Source: Candidatus Latescibacterota bacterium
GTDB lineage: Bacteria > Latescibacterota > UBA2968 > UBA8231
Reading direction: 5' to 3'
Assembly (NCBI GenBank): GCA_965200315.1
Contig: OZ241362.1
Location: forward strand, 1,984,001-2,048,000
DNA length: 64,000 nucleotides
Shown here one piece after another: positions 46,933 to 57,334 of this stretch. Position numbers and translations under genes: made by a program. The notes under the pieces were generated by a model. That model did not search any database. It was not told the DNA's origin and was given only the letters and a program-made list of their open reading frames with translations. How positions within the stretch are numbered: the stretch's first letter is position 1; every line of letters starts with the position of its first letter.

Positions 46933-48438
46933 ATGCCCCAACTCCAGCCCCAACCCACGCCCTTTCTCGACTGGTACGGCATCTGGCCCTCCCACCGCAA
47001 GCTCGAAGACGACGGCACCGTTTGGTCGCAAGACCCGCCCCAAGGCATTGAACTCGTGCCCGAACTGGCGCGCAAATCCGAGGTCTTCTTCCACAAGGAA
47101 CGCTCTTGGGAGCGAGGAGCTAATCTCCACATCAACGCCATGCTCCACGACGGAGAACGCTACCGCCTCTGGTACGGTGTGCAACGCTTGGACGACATCA
47201 CGCGCTCCTATGTCTGCTACGCCGAAAGCGACGACGGCTTTACCTATCGGCGGCCGGATTTGGGCTTGTGCGAGTACGAAGGCTCGACCCGCAACAACAT
47301 CATCTGCGCGGGCCGCGACCATCCCCTCGGCTGGGTATTCATCGACCCCAGTGCCCCGGCGGCCGAGCGCTACAAGGCCGTCGGCCCGGGAGCTCACTAC
47401 TTCCGCAACGGCCAGCCCGACCCGGAGATGGACTCCACGCGCTTCAAGGCCCTGCTCGCAGCCCGCGACTTGGGCGATGTGTCGGCCGGGGAAAAGGCCC
47501 AGGGGATTGAAATTCGGCAACAGCTCCTTGGCGCGACCTCTCCCGACGGCATTCACTGGCAAAACCTCAGCGCGCCCGTATTCGACGCCGGCTCAACCCA
47601 GCTAGACACCCACAACCTCTGCGTGTACGATCCCCACCAAGAGCAATACGTGGCGTACCTGCGCGGCCATATCGACCGCCGACGCTTGGTGCGCCGCGCC
47701 TCGGGTCCGCAGTTTACAGATCTAGCCGACCCGCGCCCCTGTCTCCTGCCCGACCCCTTGGATGCGCTCGACGACGACATCTACAACCCCTGCTACACGC
47801 CGTACCCCGGCACACAGCCGCGCTACCTGATGTTCCCGTCGATATACCATCGGATCGCCTCTACGGTCGATGTCCAGCTCGCGGTCAGCCGCGACAACCA
47901 CCAGTGGATCCGGCCCTTTCGCCAGCCCATCATCGACCGCACCTATGAGGGGGGAACGTATGGCCAGCTCTACGCCAGCCCGAATCTCATCGCCGCCAAC
48001 GGCACTTGGCGGCTGCCTTTTAGGGGTTATCAACGCCGCCACGACTTTCTCCGTCGCGGCGCCACGTCGTACCCCGAGGACGGGGAATTTCGCTGGGCCT
48101 GCTGGGAACCGGATCGGCTCGCGGGAATAGAGGCCAAAGGCGAGGGGCGGGTCACGCTTATCGAACGACCGTGCTGCGGCCGCGAACTGTTGCTCAACTT
48201 TCGCACGGCTCCAGACGGCTGGATCAAAGCCGAAATCGTCCAGACCATTCACACGCCACCCCAGCCCGTAGAAGCTTACCCCGGCTTTTCGCTCGCCGAG
48301 GCCGAACCCCTCACGGGCGATTCCATCGCCGAGGCCGCGCGTTGGCGGGGCCAAACCGACCTAGCGGCCCTCTCAGGAAAAAACGTCGGCCTCCGCTTTC
48401 ACCTGTACAAAGCCAAGCTGTTTTCGGTATCTATTTGA
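46933..48438 (+). CDS. uncharacterised beta-propeller glycoside-hydrolase-like protein
   Basis: YAESDDG, SPDGIHW, SRDNHQW Asp-box-like motifs; DTHN. Confidence 0.6.
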   Translation: MPQLQPQPTPFLDWYGIWPSHRKLEDDGTVWSQDPPQGIELVPELARKSEVFFHKERSWERGANLHINAMLHDGERYRLWYGVQRLDDITRSYVCYAESDDGFTYRRPDLGLCEYEGSTRNNIICAGRDHPLGWVFIDPSAPAAERYKAVGPGAHYFRNGQPDPEMDSTRFKALLAARDLGDVSAGEKAQGIEIRQQLLGATSPDGIHWQNLSAPVFDAGSTQLDTHNLCVYDPHQEQYVAYLRGHIDRRRLVRRASGPQFTDLADPRPCLLPDPLDALDDDIYNPCYTPYPGTQPRYLMFPSIYHRIASTVDVQLAVSRDNHQWIRPFRQPIIDRTYEGGTYGQLYASPNLIAANGTWRLPFRGYQRRHDFLRRGATSYPEDGEFRWACWEPDRLAGIEAKGEGRVTLIERPCCGRELLLNFRTAPDGWIKAEIVQTIHTPPQPVEAYPGFSLAEAEPLTGDSIAEAARWRGQTDLAALSGKNVGLRFHLYKAKLFSVSI

Positions 48439-48970
48439 GGCGGCCAGCAAACACCTCGCCGCAGCGCTTTTCGGCAATGCCGCCCAAGCGCTGCGCCATG
48501 CGCTCAAATGCGGCGCGGCGGTAGTCCCATTGGCCCCACCGCGCCACCTGCTCCAGCCAGTCGCATAGGTGGATCGTCACTAGGTCGTTGAAGTCCTGCT
48601 CGTTCATCTCGATGGAATCGCCGGTCAGGCGGTCTTGGAGCACGTAGGGAGCATCGTGCTGCTCCACGGCGGCGTCGAAGGTGTCGCGCACCATGGCGCA
48701 ATTGACGTACGCCAAGTATTCGGCCCGCTCGCCGATGAGGGCCCGCACGTCAGCGCGGCGCTCAACGGGCAGGGTGAAATCTTGGAAAATCTCGGTGCCG
48801 TATATGGAGTGAAAGAGCGCGGCGCGGCACATCACCTCGTCGCCGCCCCACTTTTTCATATCGCCGTGTACACCGATGCAGTGGGCCAAATAGGTCTTGT
48901 TGGTATGCCCTACGTCGGCCGCGCCAATTTCCCTGAAAAATGCAGTGAGTTCCTTAAAGCTAGCAGTCAT
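48431..48970 (-). CDS. DUF6817-like (HD-related) protein
   Basis: H....YLAH, ALFHSIYGTE, LIGERAE, DWLEQ. Confidence 0.7.
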   Translation of the reverse strand: MTASFKELTAFFREIGAADVGHTNKTYLAHCIGVHGDMKKWGGDEVMCRAALFHSIYGTEIFQDFTLPVERRADVRALIGERAEYLAYVNCAMVRDTFDAAVEQHDAPYVLQDRLTGDSIEMNEQDFNDLVTIHLCDWLEQVARWGQWDYRRAAFERMAQRLGGIAEKRCGEVFAGRLK

Positions 48971-49026
48971 AGCGTCGTCCTCCTTTGTATTGAGCTGGTT
49001 TGCGTCGATAGATGAGACAAGCGAGA

Positions 49027-49203
49027 TATAGCAGTCCTACATGACTTGCGGTGCTTGCCGGGTTGTGCTCTCATCGAACGTGGCCCGGCCAGTGCTTGGT
49101 GGTCCGGGCGTCCGTCCTTGGGGGCAGGCACTGGCCGGCCGGCGGTCGAGACGCCCGCGCACCCAGCTCAAGCGCCGCATCGTACTAATGTAGGACTGCT
49201 ATA
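49027..49203. mobile_element. MITE with TATAGC...GCTATA ends (copy 2)
   Basis: perfect 16-bp TIRs TATAGCAGTCCTACAT / ATGTAGGACTGCTATA. Confidence 0.8.
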
Positions 49204-49237
49204 GACGAAGGAGCGATGAGCGTGATGGAACATCTGC

Positions 49238-50434
49238 TCAGCGGGATTCGTCCTGAACCGGCCTATCCGCAATCGGCAGGTGGAGCAGCACCGCCACCAC
49301 GCCGAGGGCTATCGCCAGCCACCAGACGGGATCGTACGACCCGGTCGCGTCGTAGAGCAGGCCCGCCAGCCAGACCCCTAGGAAACTGCCGACCTGATGA
49401 CTGAAAAAGACAATGCCGTATAGCGTTGACAAGTAGCGCGCCCCGAATATCTGCGCCACCGCACCGCTAGTCAACGGCACGGTGGCCAGCCACAAGAAGC
49501 CGATTAGGCCACCGAAGAGCAAGGCGGAAGAGCTGGTCAGAGGGACGAAGAGAAACAAGCCGATAACCACGGCGCGGCTGAAGTAGAGCGCACTCAACAG
49601 ATACTTCTTGCGGTAGCGGTCGCCCAGCCAGCCAAACAACGACGAGCCGAAGATGTTGCACAGGCCAATCAGCGACAAGGCCGTGGCCCCGGTCATCGGC
49701 GACAGACCACCGTCGGTGAGGAACGACGGCAGGTGCGTGGCGATAAAGGCGACGTGGAAGCCGCAGACGAAGAACCCCGCGTTGAGCAGCCAATAGCCCG
49801 AATGGCCCCGCGCCCTGAGCAGTGCTTGCAGCAGCGTACCCTCGCCGTGCGACCGGGACGCATGTGTGCTGGGACGACGCGGAAAGCCAAAGGCCAACAG
49901 CACAACCCAGCCGATCAGGGCGGCACTGGCCAGAAAGGACGCCTGCCAACCCGCGTGGACAATCACCCACTGCACCCCGGGCACTAAGGCGAAGGTCCCA
50001 AACGACCCGGCCGCGGTGACGATGCCAAACGCTGTGCTGCGGTTTGCCGGATGGACGACGCGGGCGACGGCCCCCAGCACGATCACATACGTCGTACTGC
50101 CCAGCCCCAACCCGATGATGAGCCCCAGCGTCAGATACAAACCGAGCGGACCGCTGCTAGCCGGCACCAGCAGGCACCCGGCCGCGTAGAGCAGCGCGCC
50201 CCCCAGCACGACCCACCGCGCCCCATAGCGGTCGGCGATCATCCCGAACAAGGGCAAGCCGAAGACCACGTTTTGCAGCGCTATGGCCAAGCTGAACACT
50301 TCGCGCCCCAAATCCAAGCTGTCGCTAATCGGCTGTAGAAAGAGGCCAAACGACTGGCGGATCCCCATGCTGGCGAGGACCGTCAACGCACTGAAGAGTA
50401 CGATGATCGTCGTCTGACGTTGCGGAGTGGGCAT
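49238..50434 (-). CDS. MFS transporter
   Basis: GMIADRYG, GFFVCGFH, GWLGDRY, WLATVPLT; about 12 TM. Confidence 0.92.
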   Translation of the reverse strand: MPTPQRQTTIIVLFSALTVLASMGIRQSFGLFLQPISDSLDLGREVFSLAIALQNVVFGLPLFGMIADRYGARWVVLGGALLYAAGCLLVPASSGPLGLYLTLGLIIGLGLGSTTYVIVLGAVARVVHPANRSTAFGIVTAAGSFGTFALVPGVQWVIVHAGWQASFLASAALIGWVVLLAFGFPRRPSTHASRSHGEGTLLQALLRARGHSGYWLLNAGFFVCGFHVAFIATHLPSFLTDGGLSPMTGATALSLIGLCNIFGSSLFGWLGDRYRKKYLLSALYFSRAVVIGLFLFVPLTSSSALLFGGLIGFLWLATVPLTSGAVAQIFGARYLSTLYGIVFFSHQVGSFLGVWLAGLLYDATGSYDPVWWLAIALGVVAVLLHLPIADRPVQDESR

Positions 50435-50605
50435 GGGGAAATGCAGGCTGGGTGGATTAATGGGGTGGGTAGTATAGCTTCTTGTCGCGCTTGGATCAAC
50501 TTGAAATGGAGGCTGGGCAAAAGTAAAAACCCTTGGCGATTAAAGAAAAAATTACATTTTAATCTAAACCGTTGGGAGTTTATTGTTAAGAATAAGGAGT
50601 TTTGT

Positions 50606-51529
50606 ATGACCAAGAGTCAGCATTTGTGGTCAAAGGCGGCTAGGTTGTTGTCGGACCCTAAATTTTTTAATTCAGAGCGCGAGCGCGTTTTGGCGGACTA
50701 TCCCTTGCTCAATTCGCATGGCTTGGGAACGGTATATCGCCACCGTCGCATTCTCTCAGAGGATGGGCAGTACTCGGGGCAGTGGGAGAGGGTTTGTATT
50801 CCCGATGATTTGGATAAGGCGCGGGATGAACTGCGCACGGGCGGGCAGTATGAGGAGGGTATTCGCAACACGCTGGAGTACTTTGTAGAGGGAAGGGTAT
50901 CACTTAGCTATCGGTTGAAGGGGTGTGGCTGGGCGCGTCGTTTCAATGGACCGGCCCCACCAAAACGTTCGAGTTATGGCCTCAAGCACAACGTAGAGTC
51001 GTATTTGCGTGCAATGGACAAGCTTCGCGAGGAAAGTGGGAGGACAGCAGAGAGAGGCCGATATACGTCCAATGGGGCGTTTGTATGTGCGGCCCTCATG
51101 GCGGGATTGCGAATATGGACTTATCAGGATTCCATAAATCCCGATCTTCGTTTGGGCAAGCCTTGGGCAGTTGCAGGGTTGCAGCCGGAAGATTATGGCC
51201 ATCCTGACGATGAGCGCATGGCAAGGTTTTGGCGGTGGGCTGTACAGCAGGACGTCGACGACCCCTATGTCGAGGATTTTATTATCGATACGGTGGATCT
51301 ACTTTATGAAGGAGCAGACCTTAAGCGGCTAGATGAGGCTCTTGGGCGGGCATGCTCCGAGGCACTAGAAGTGTATGACAGGCTGCGGCGTGAGTTTGGC
51401 TTTGAACTTTCTGCCCAAACAGCGGCTTCTCGTCGGTTGGGTTTTATGGCCGGACAGATCAAAGTCCCCGACGACTTCGACAGCATGGGCGAGTCAGAGA
51501 TCGAAAAGATGTTCGGGAGAGACGCATGA
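50606..51529 (+). CDS. hypothetical protein ending in a VapB-like antitoxin tail
   Basis: RBS AAGGAG; SSYGLKH..YTSNGAF motif; C-terminal RRLGFMAGQIKVPDDFD...IEKMF; ATGA overlap with vapC. Confidence 0.7.
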   Translation: MTKSQHLWSKAARLLSDPKFFNSERERVLADYPLLNSHGLGTVYRHRRILSEDGQYSGQWERVCIPDDLDKARDELRTGGQYEEGIRNTLEYFVEGRVSLSYRLKGCGWARRFNGPAPPKRSSYGLKHNVESYLRAMDKLREESGRTAERGRYTSNGAFVCAALMAGLRIWTYQDSINPDLRLGKPWAVAGLQPEDYGHPDDERMARFWRWAVQQDVDDPYVEDFIIDTVDLLYEGADLKRLDEALGRACSEALEVYDRLRREFGFELSAQTAASRRLGFMAGQIKVPDDFDSMGESEIEKMFGRDA

Positions 51530-51912
51530 TTTTATTGCTGGATACCCATCTATTGCTGTGGGCGGCAGGAGATCCCGGACAGTTGTCATCAGAATCCCAA
51601 GACCTTCTCGGCGACCCCGCCACGGAACTGATGTTCAGCACCGCAAGCATCTGGGAGATCGTCATCAAGAACGCGCTCGGCAGAAGCGACTTCCGCGTCG
51701 AACCGCGACTGTTGCGGGACGGTCTGATACAAAACGGCTACAGCGAACTTGCGGTTCGATCCGAACACGCACTCGCTGTAGGTAGTTTGCCACCGCTTCA
51801 CAAGGACCCTTTCGACCGCATACTCATCGCGCAAGCACAAGTCGAAAACGTTACGCTGCTTACCACGGATGACAAGGTGGCCTGCTATCCCGGCCCCATC
51901 CAAGCGGTCTGA
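51526..51912 (+). CDS. vapC: PIN-domain toxin VapC
   Basis: LLLDTHLLLW, SIWEI, HKDPFDRILIAQA, LLTTD. Confidence 0.93.
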   Translation: MILLLDTHLLLWAAGDPGQLSSESQDLLGDPATELMFSTASIWEIVIKNALGRSDFRVEPRLLRDGLIQNGYSELAVRSEHALAVGSLPPLHKDPFDRILIAQAQVENVTLLTTDDKVACYPGPIQAV

Positions 51913-52146
51913 TGGACCGGCAAAACTCTACTCGTCGACCCCATCGTAGCTTATCCGCAGTTTTGTGAGGAGAAGAAACTCATAGGAGTAACGCCGTGAC
52001 CGAGCAATCCCTATCGAGAGCCCAAGACCATGACGCTTATTACAAATAACGACCTGAGAGAATTTCAACGAATGCTCATTCAGCATCCCCTAATTATTGG
52101 GGCACTAAAATGATAGAAAAAGAGGATTATAGAAAGCAGGATAGGC

Positions 52147-52581
52147 GTGTACGGTATGGAAACGCCAACACTGATGAAAAGCGAAATTACTTTCGTTGGT
52201 TATATAGAAAACGTTAACCATGAACTCAAGGAACCTCAAAGAATGATGTATCTTCATATAACAGGCAGCATAGACTGGAATCAAACCCACGATCAGATTG
52301 CCAACAAATTTGATTTCAGCACAGAATATATAAAACACCTATCCGGCTATCTCCGTCATCAAGAAATTATAAGTAGTGTCATCGGGTGGGACCGTCTTAT
52401 CATACTCATTGTTTTTGTACTCGAAGGCCGTCTCGGTTGTTCAATTGGAGGCTTTTATGACTTATTTCGGAAGATCAAAAAATGTCCACGAAATCAGTGG
52501 AGCGATATAATGGCTAGAGTAATTCTAGAGATCCAAGAGGGTAAACCTATCAAAATATATACTCAAAATACCATGAAGTAG
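52147..52581 (+). CDS. AT-rich hypothetical protein
   Basis: 144-aa ORF in a low-GC patch; no recognisable motif. Confidence 0.4.
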   Translation: MYGMETPTLMKSEITFVGYIENVNHELKEPQRMMYLHITGSIDWNQTHDQIANKFDFSTEYIKHLSGYLRHQEIISSVIGWDRLIILIVFVLEGRLGCSIGGFYDLFRKIKKCPRNQWSDIMARVILEIQEGKPIKIYTQNTMK

Positions 52582-52619
52582 GTCGGATATTCGGATTGTT
52601 ACAGCTAGAAGCAGTCAAC

Positions 52620-52832
52620 ATGACCGCGACCGCACAAAAAGTCTTCACCGAAACCATTCGCGCCCTACCACCGAGCGAGCAGCTTCGTCTCGCAGCACTC
52701 ATTTTACAGGAGTTGTCCGAAGTAGTTCTTGTGGAACGAAGTGATACTTGGAGCGAACAAGATCAAAGCGACTTAACCGCCGTCTTACAGTATGCGGCGA
52801 AACTCTACCCAGAGAAAGAGTATCTTGTTTAA
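52620..52832 (+). CDS. small antitoxin-like protein
   Basis: IRALPPSEQLRLAALIL...WSEQD; followed by an overlapping toxin-like stub. Confidence 0.55.
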   Translation: MTATAQKVFTETIRALPPSEQLRLAALILQELSEVVLVERSDTWSEQDQSDLTAVLQYAAKLYPEKEYLV

Positions 52833-52908
52833 TTAGGGCGACATAGTAGTGCTTCACCACAGTAATTCGCAATTTTATCCACGCAAAACCTCAAAGGAGC
52901 AAACCTCA

Positions 52909-53931
52909 ATGACCGCACAAAACCAACCCGTCGTCTTCGTCTCACTGACCGGCGATGAAGCCATCAGGCTCTACGACCTCGACCCCCAATCGGGCGCGCT
53001 GGAGCTGCGCGCCACCAGTCCGGCGCACGGCCCGTCGGGTGCGCTCTTTTTACATCCATCGCGCCCCGTGCTCTACGACGGCCACGTCGGGGCCTCAACC
53101 CTCGCCAGCTTCCACCTCGACACCGCATCGGGCGAATTGACCCTAATCAACAAGGTCGATACCGGCCTCGACACCCCCGCGCACCTCATTACCGACCCCG
53201 CTGGTCGCTTTCTCCTCACCGCTTATTACACCGGCGGCGGCGTCACAGTCCACCGCTTGGACGACGACGGAGCCATCGGCGACCTCGTCCAGCGCATCGA
53301 CACCGGCCCCAAGGCACATGCCATCCTGCTGACCGAGGGCGAGCGCTTTGTCTTCGTGCCCCATGTCTATCCCAACAACAAGACCAGCCAGTTCCGCTTC
53401 GACGCCAGCACTGGCCAGCTCTCGCCCAACGACCCGCCCGTGCTGGCTCCACCGGAAGGCGAGCCCGGCCCCCGGCACATCTGCTTCCGCCCGCTCGGCG
53501 ACGTCGCGTACATCGTCAACGAGCAGGGCAACACCGTAACCGCCCACCGCTTCGACCCCGAGCGCGGCACCCTCTCCATTTTTCAGGACATCTCGACCCT
53601 GCCCGCGGACTACACAGAAGGCGGGCACACCGCCCACGTCGAAGTCCATCCCAACGGCCAGTGGTGCTACGCATCCAATCGCGGCCACGACAGCATCGTC
53701 GGCTATAACATCGATGCCGACGGCGCACTCAGCCCGTTTGGGCACTATCCGATACCGGCCAGCCCGCGCTCGTTCAACATCGACCCGACCGGCACGTACC
53801 TGTACGGCGCTGGAGAAGCCGCTGACCGCATGACCTGTTACCAAATCGATGCAACCAGCGGCGCCCTACAGCCCATTGCGGATTACGAAGTGGGCAGTCA
53901 GCCGTTTTGGGTCATGGTGACGACTCTTTAG
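52909..53931 (+). CDS. 6-phosphogluconolactonase/cycloisomerase family (beta-propeller lactonase)
   Basis: GPRH, YIVNE, HPNG...YASNRGHDSI, PRSFNIDP. Confidence 0.9.
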   Translation: MTAQNQPVVFVSLTGDEAIRLYDLDPQSGALELRATSPAHGPSGALFLHPSRPVLYDGHVGASTLASFHLDTASGELTLINKVDTGLDTPAHLITDPAGRFLLTAYYTGGGVTVHRLDDDGAIGDLVQRIDTGPKAHAILLTEGERFVFVPHVYPNNKTSQFRFDASTGQLSPNDPPVLAPPEGEPGPRHICFRPLGDVAYIVNEQGNTVTAHRFDPERGTLSIFQDISTLPADYTEGGHTAHVEVHPNGQWCYASNRGHDSIVGYNIDADGALSPFGHYPIPASPRSFNIDPTGTYLYGAGEAADRMTCYQIDATSGALQPIADYEVGSQPFWVMVTTL

Positions 53932-53973
53932 AGGCCGTGAATGCCACCCCGCATCGGCGCTCTGCGGATCGTC

Positions 53974-55230
53974 TTAGGCCAATCCTAGCGCTTCGTCGAT
54001 GTCCTGCTGATAGGCTCGCACGGCTCCGCCCATAATCTCTTCCATGGACAGCGAACGCCCGGCGAGCGCCGACTCATAGGCCCCCACAATCGCCGCCACG
54101 GCCTGCATCCCGCCGCGGCCATCCACTTCAGGTTGGCCGCCGGTGAGGATGGCTTGGGCAAAGTCGTGGTACTCAATGGCCAAGTGCCGGGAGTCGATTT
54201 CGTAGAAGGATGTTGCAGAAGGATCGTATTCTACGCCGTCGGCACCGAAGAGGCGCTCGGTGATCTCGTCGAGGTGAAAATCCGGCAGGAGCGAGAGGAT
54301 TTCGCGGCCCTTTAGCTCCTTGCCTTCCAAACGCAGCACCGCGGGCCGACCATTGCGGTCGCCGGGGGCATAGAGCGCACCCCAACGCCCGTGGACGCTG
54401 CGCTCCCAACCCCGCCCGCCGCGCCCCGCCACCAGCACGAGCTGCGCCAGCGCACCGGACCGCATCCTGTATAGCGAGACGACAGAATCCTCGCCCGTAG
54501 CCTCTACACTATCGGGATAGGTCTTGGCCCGCTCGCGGTAGGACTCGAGGGGGTGATCGTCGTAGCCTGCTGGCCTGCGCCGCACCGGCTCGACGATGAA
54601 GCCACCGCCGAAGACGTGCGCGTAGTCCCCCATGTAGTATTGGATGATGTCTCCGTAGTGGACGCCCATGTCCAAGCCAATGGCCCCCTTTTCCTTGAGA
54701 TGGCGCCAAGGCGTGATGGTTATGCTGTCGCTGCCACCGGCCGATGCCTGGATCATCAAAAAGGGATCCCCGAGCAAGCCGGACTCGACGACGGCCCGCG
54801 CCAAGCGGTTGGGCGGGTCGCGGCGGTAGTTTTCGGCGGTGGCCAGCACGGCACCGCCGGTGTGGGCTGCGTCGATCATGGCTTGGCAGGCGCGTATGGT
54901 AATGCCGAGGGGCTTTTCCACCAGCGCGTGCTTGCCGGCCAACAGAGCCGGCACGGCCACTTGGTGATGCGTCGAGCCGTCGGTAACCACATCTATGGCT
55001 AGGATATCATCGCGCTTGAGCATCGAGTCCATATCCGTAAAGATCAGGGGCTCGCGCCCGAACAGCCGCTGCACTTCGCGGGCGGCGAACTCGGCGTTCG
55101 CTCGGTTCACGTCGCAGACGGCCATCAATTCAACATTGCCAATGCCGCTATCTTCCAACACCTTGTAGGCCAAGATGTGGCGATGGCCCATGCCGCCGCA
55201 GCCGACGACGCAAAGCGGTACTTTCTCCAT
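53974..55230 (-). CDS. Gfo/Idh/MocA oxidoreductase
   Basis: VVGCGGMG, LVEKP, AENYR, DMGVH. Confidence 0.9.
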   Translation of the reverse strand: MEKVPLCVVGCGGMGHRHILAYKVLEDSGIGNVELMAVCDVNRANAEFAAREVQRLFGREPLIFTDMDSMLKRDDILAIDVVTDGSTHHQVAVPALLAGKHALVEKPLGITIRACQAMIDAAHTGGAVLATAENYRRDPPNRLARAVVESGLLGDPFLMIQASAGGSDSITITPWRHLKEKGAIGLDMGVHYGDIIQYYMGDYAHVFGGGFIVEPVRRRPAGYDDHPLESYRERAKTYPDSVEATGEDSVVSLYRMRSGALAQLVLVAGRGGRGWERSVHGRWGALYAPGDRNGRPAVLRLEGKELKGREILSLLPDFHLDEITERLFGADGVEYDPSATSFYEIDSRHLAIEYHDFAQAILTGGQPEVDGRGGMQAVAAIVGAYESALAGRSLSMEEIMGGAVRAYQQDIDEALGLA

Positions 55231-55314
55231 ATTATGGCTCTCCTGTTTTGGTATGCGGAAAGTCGTGCGCGGCTACGGGCATTGTCAAGGGGAAGGCAAA
55301 ATCGCGGGAGGAAC

Positions 55315-57276
55315 ATGTTGCTAAAACGCTCTCCATCAACGCTAAAAGGCTGTACGCCCAAGGCACTGATCTTCGGACTGCTCGGTGCCGCTTGCATGGG
55401 CCTCGGCTCGACCTACAACGATATGATCGTCAAAGGCTCCGGGCTGGCCGTGTGGAACCTGACCCCTGGGGCGACTTTTCTCTTCTTTGTGCTAGTCCTC
55501 CTCTTAAACCCGCTCTTGAGATTGCTGCATCCGCGCCTGCCCCTGCAGCGCGGCGAACTGGCCGTGGCCTTCTTCCTCATCCTGCTGGCCAACACCTTGT
55601 CGGGTCGCGGCCTACCCGCGCAGCTCCTGCCAGTAATCACTGGGGCCTATTACTACGCCACGCCGGAAAACGGTTGGGCCGAGATCGTCCAGCCCTACAT
55701 GCCCGATTGGCCGGTGCCCCAAAGCCGCGACGCCATTTGGGGCTTTTACGAGGGCGACCCGACCGGGGCCGTGCCGTGGGCAATTTGGGCGGCTCCTCTG
55801 TTGTACTGGGCCGTGTTCGGTCTAGCCCTCTTTCTGGCCATGGTGTGCCTGATGGTAATTGTGCGGCGGCAATGGGTAGAGCACGAGCGTTTGGCCTATC
55901 CCATGATCCAGCTTCCCTTGGCCATGATCACCGACGACGGGCGCGGACGAGCCATCAAACCCCTGTTCCGCAGCGGATTGATGTGGCTGGGGTTTGCCAT
56001 CCCCTTTGTTCTAGCCTCGATCAACGCCTTGCACAATTACTTCGCGATCGTTCCTACCGTCAGCACTTCGCTCGGCGGCTTGTCTTTGTTCCGCGGCGCA
56101 GTGTCGCTGGGCTTGAATCTAAACCTGTCGATGGTGGGCTTCTCCTATTTCATCCCGCAGAACATCGCCTTGGGCTTGGTCTTTTTTTACATCGTCAATG
56201 TGGTACAGCGCGGGTTGCTGGGGATGCTGGCTTGGGGGGGCAAGGACGAGACCATGGGCGCGTACAGCCAGTACACCGACCCGATCATCATCCACCAAGC
56301 CATGGGCGGCATGATCGTCTTGGTCGTGGGGTCCTTGTGGGTGGGCCGGCGTCATCTCAGGGACGTGCTGCGCAAGGCGTTGGGCCGTGCGCCCGAGGTA
56401 AAAGACGCCGATGAAATTGCCTCCTATGGCGTGGCCGTGTGGGGAGCCATAGCCAGCTTCTTGGTGATGGGGGTCTGGCTCTGGCAATCCGGCATTCCGC
56501 TTCCTTTTGTTCCCCTGCTGCTGTTCGGCGCATTTGTCGGGTTTATGACCATTGCCCGCGTCGTCGCGCAAGGTGGAGTCGCGTCGATGTTTCCGCCGAC
56601 CAACGGACCAGACTTTGTCGTCGCCAATGTCGGGGGCACCGTGTTGGGCACTAAAGGCATGGCCGGCATGGCCCTGAGCTATGCCTGGAGCGTGGACACC
56701 TTGATCTTGCTGATGAGCGCGTGCGCCAACGGCCTGAAGCTCGTCACCGAAATCAGCCTACCTCAGCGCCGCCGCCTATTCGGGGCCACCTTTGCGGTAA
56801 TCGTCCTGACGCTGAGCTGCGTCGTCTCCTTAACTCTCTATCTAGGCTATCAGTACGGGGCCATTAATTTGTCGCGGTTTTACTTTGATAACGTCGCTCA
56901 ATATCCCTATCGGTTCATGGAGAAGAGCATCCTCAATCCATTCGCGCCGCGGCCGAGCACTTGGATGCACATAGGCACTGGCGCGGCGATCATGGGCGGG
57001 CTGATGGCAGCCCAGCACCGATTTCTGTGGTGGCCTTTCCACTCGCTCGGATTTCCGATTAGCTGCGTCTTTGGATCGATGTGGTTCAGCGTGTTTGTCG
57101 CTTGGCTCCTCAAGGGTACGGTGCTCAAATATGGCGGGCTGACGCTGTTGAACCGCCTCAAGCCCTTCTTTTTAGGGCTGGTCTTGGGCGAGGCCGTAGC
57201 GGCCGGGACTTGGATACTCATCGACTATGTAATCGGCATGCAAAACAACTATCTGGGGGGGATTGTGTTTCAGTGA
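55315..57276 (+). CDS. polytopic membrane protein (DUF6785/DUF6784-like putative transporter)
   Basis: RRQWVEHERLAYP, WWPFHSLG, LKYGG...PFFLGLVLGE; many TM helices. Confidence 0.75.
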   Translation: MLLKRSPSTLKGCTPKALIFGLLGAACMGLGSTYNDMIVKGSGLAVWNLTPGATFLFFVLVLLLNPLLRLLHPRLPLQRGELAVAFFLILLANTLSGRGLPAQLLPVITGAYYYATPENGWAEIVQPYMPDWPVPQSRDAIWGFYEGDPTGAVPWAIWAAPLLYWAVFGLALFLAMVCLMVIVRRQWVEHERLAYPMIQLPLAMITDDGRGRAIKPLFRSGLMWLGFAIPFVLASINALHNYFAIVPTVSTSLGGLSLFRGAVSLGLNLNLSMVGFSYFIPQNIALGLVFFYIVNVVQRGLLGMLAWGGKDETMGAYSQYTDPIIIHQAMGGMIVLVVGSLWVGRRHLRDVLRKALGRAPEVKDADEIASYGVAVWGAIASFLVMGVWLWQSGIPLPFVPLLLFGAFVGFMTIARVVAQGGVASMFPPTNGPDFVVANVGGTVLGTKGMAGMALSYAWSVDTLILLMSACANGLKLVTEISLPQRRRLFGATFAVIVLTLSCVVSLTLYLGYQYGAINLSRFYFDNVAQYPYRFMEKSILNPFAPRPSTWMHIGTGAAIMGGLMAAQHRFLWWPFHSLGFPISCVFGSMWFSVFVAWLLKGTVLKYGGLTLLNRLKPFFLGLVLGEAVAAGTWILIDYVIGMQNNYLGGIVFQ

Positions 57277-57334
57277 AGTGCGCTTGAACGACGCTGTTGA
57301 AACAGCTATCTTATCCAACCAAAGGCCCAGCCCC

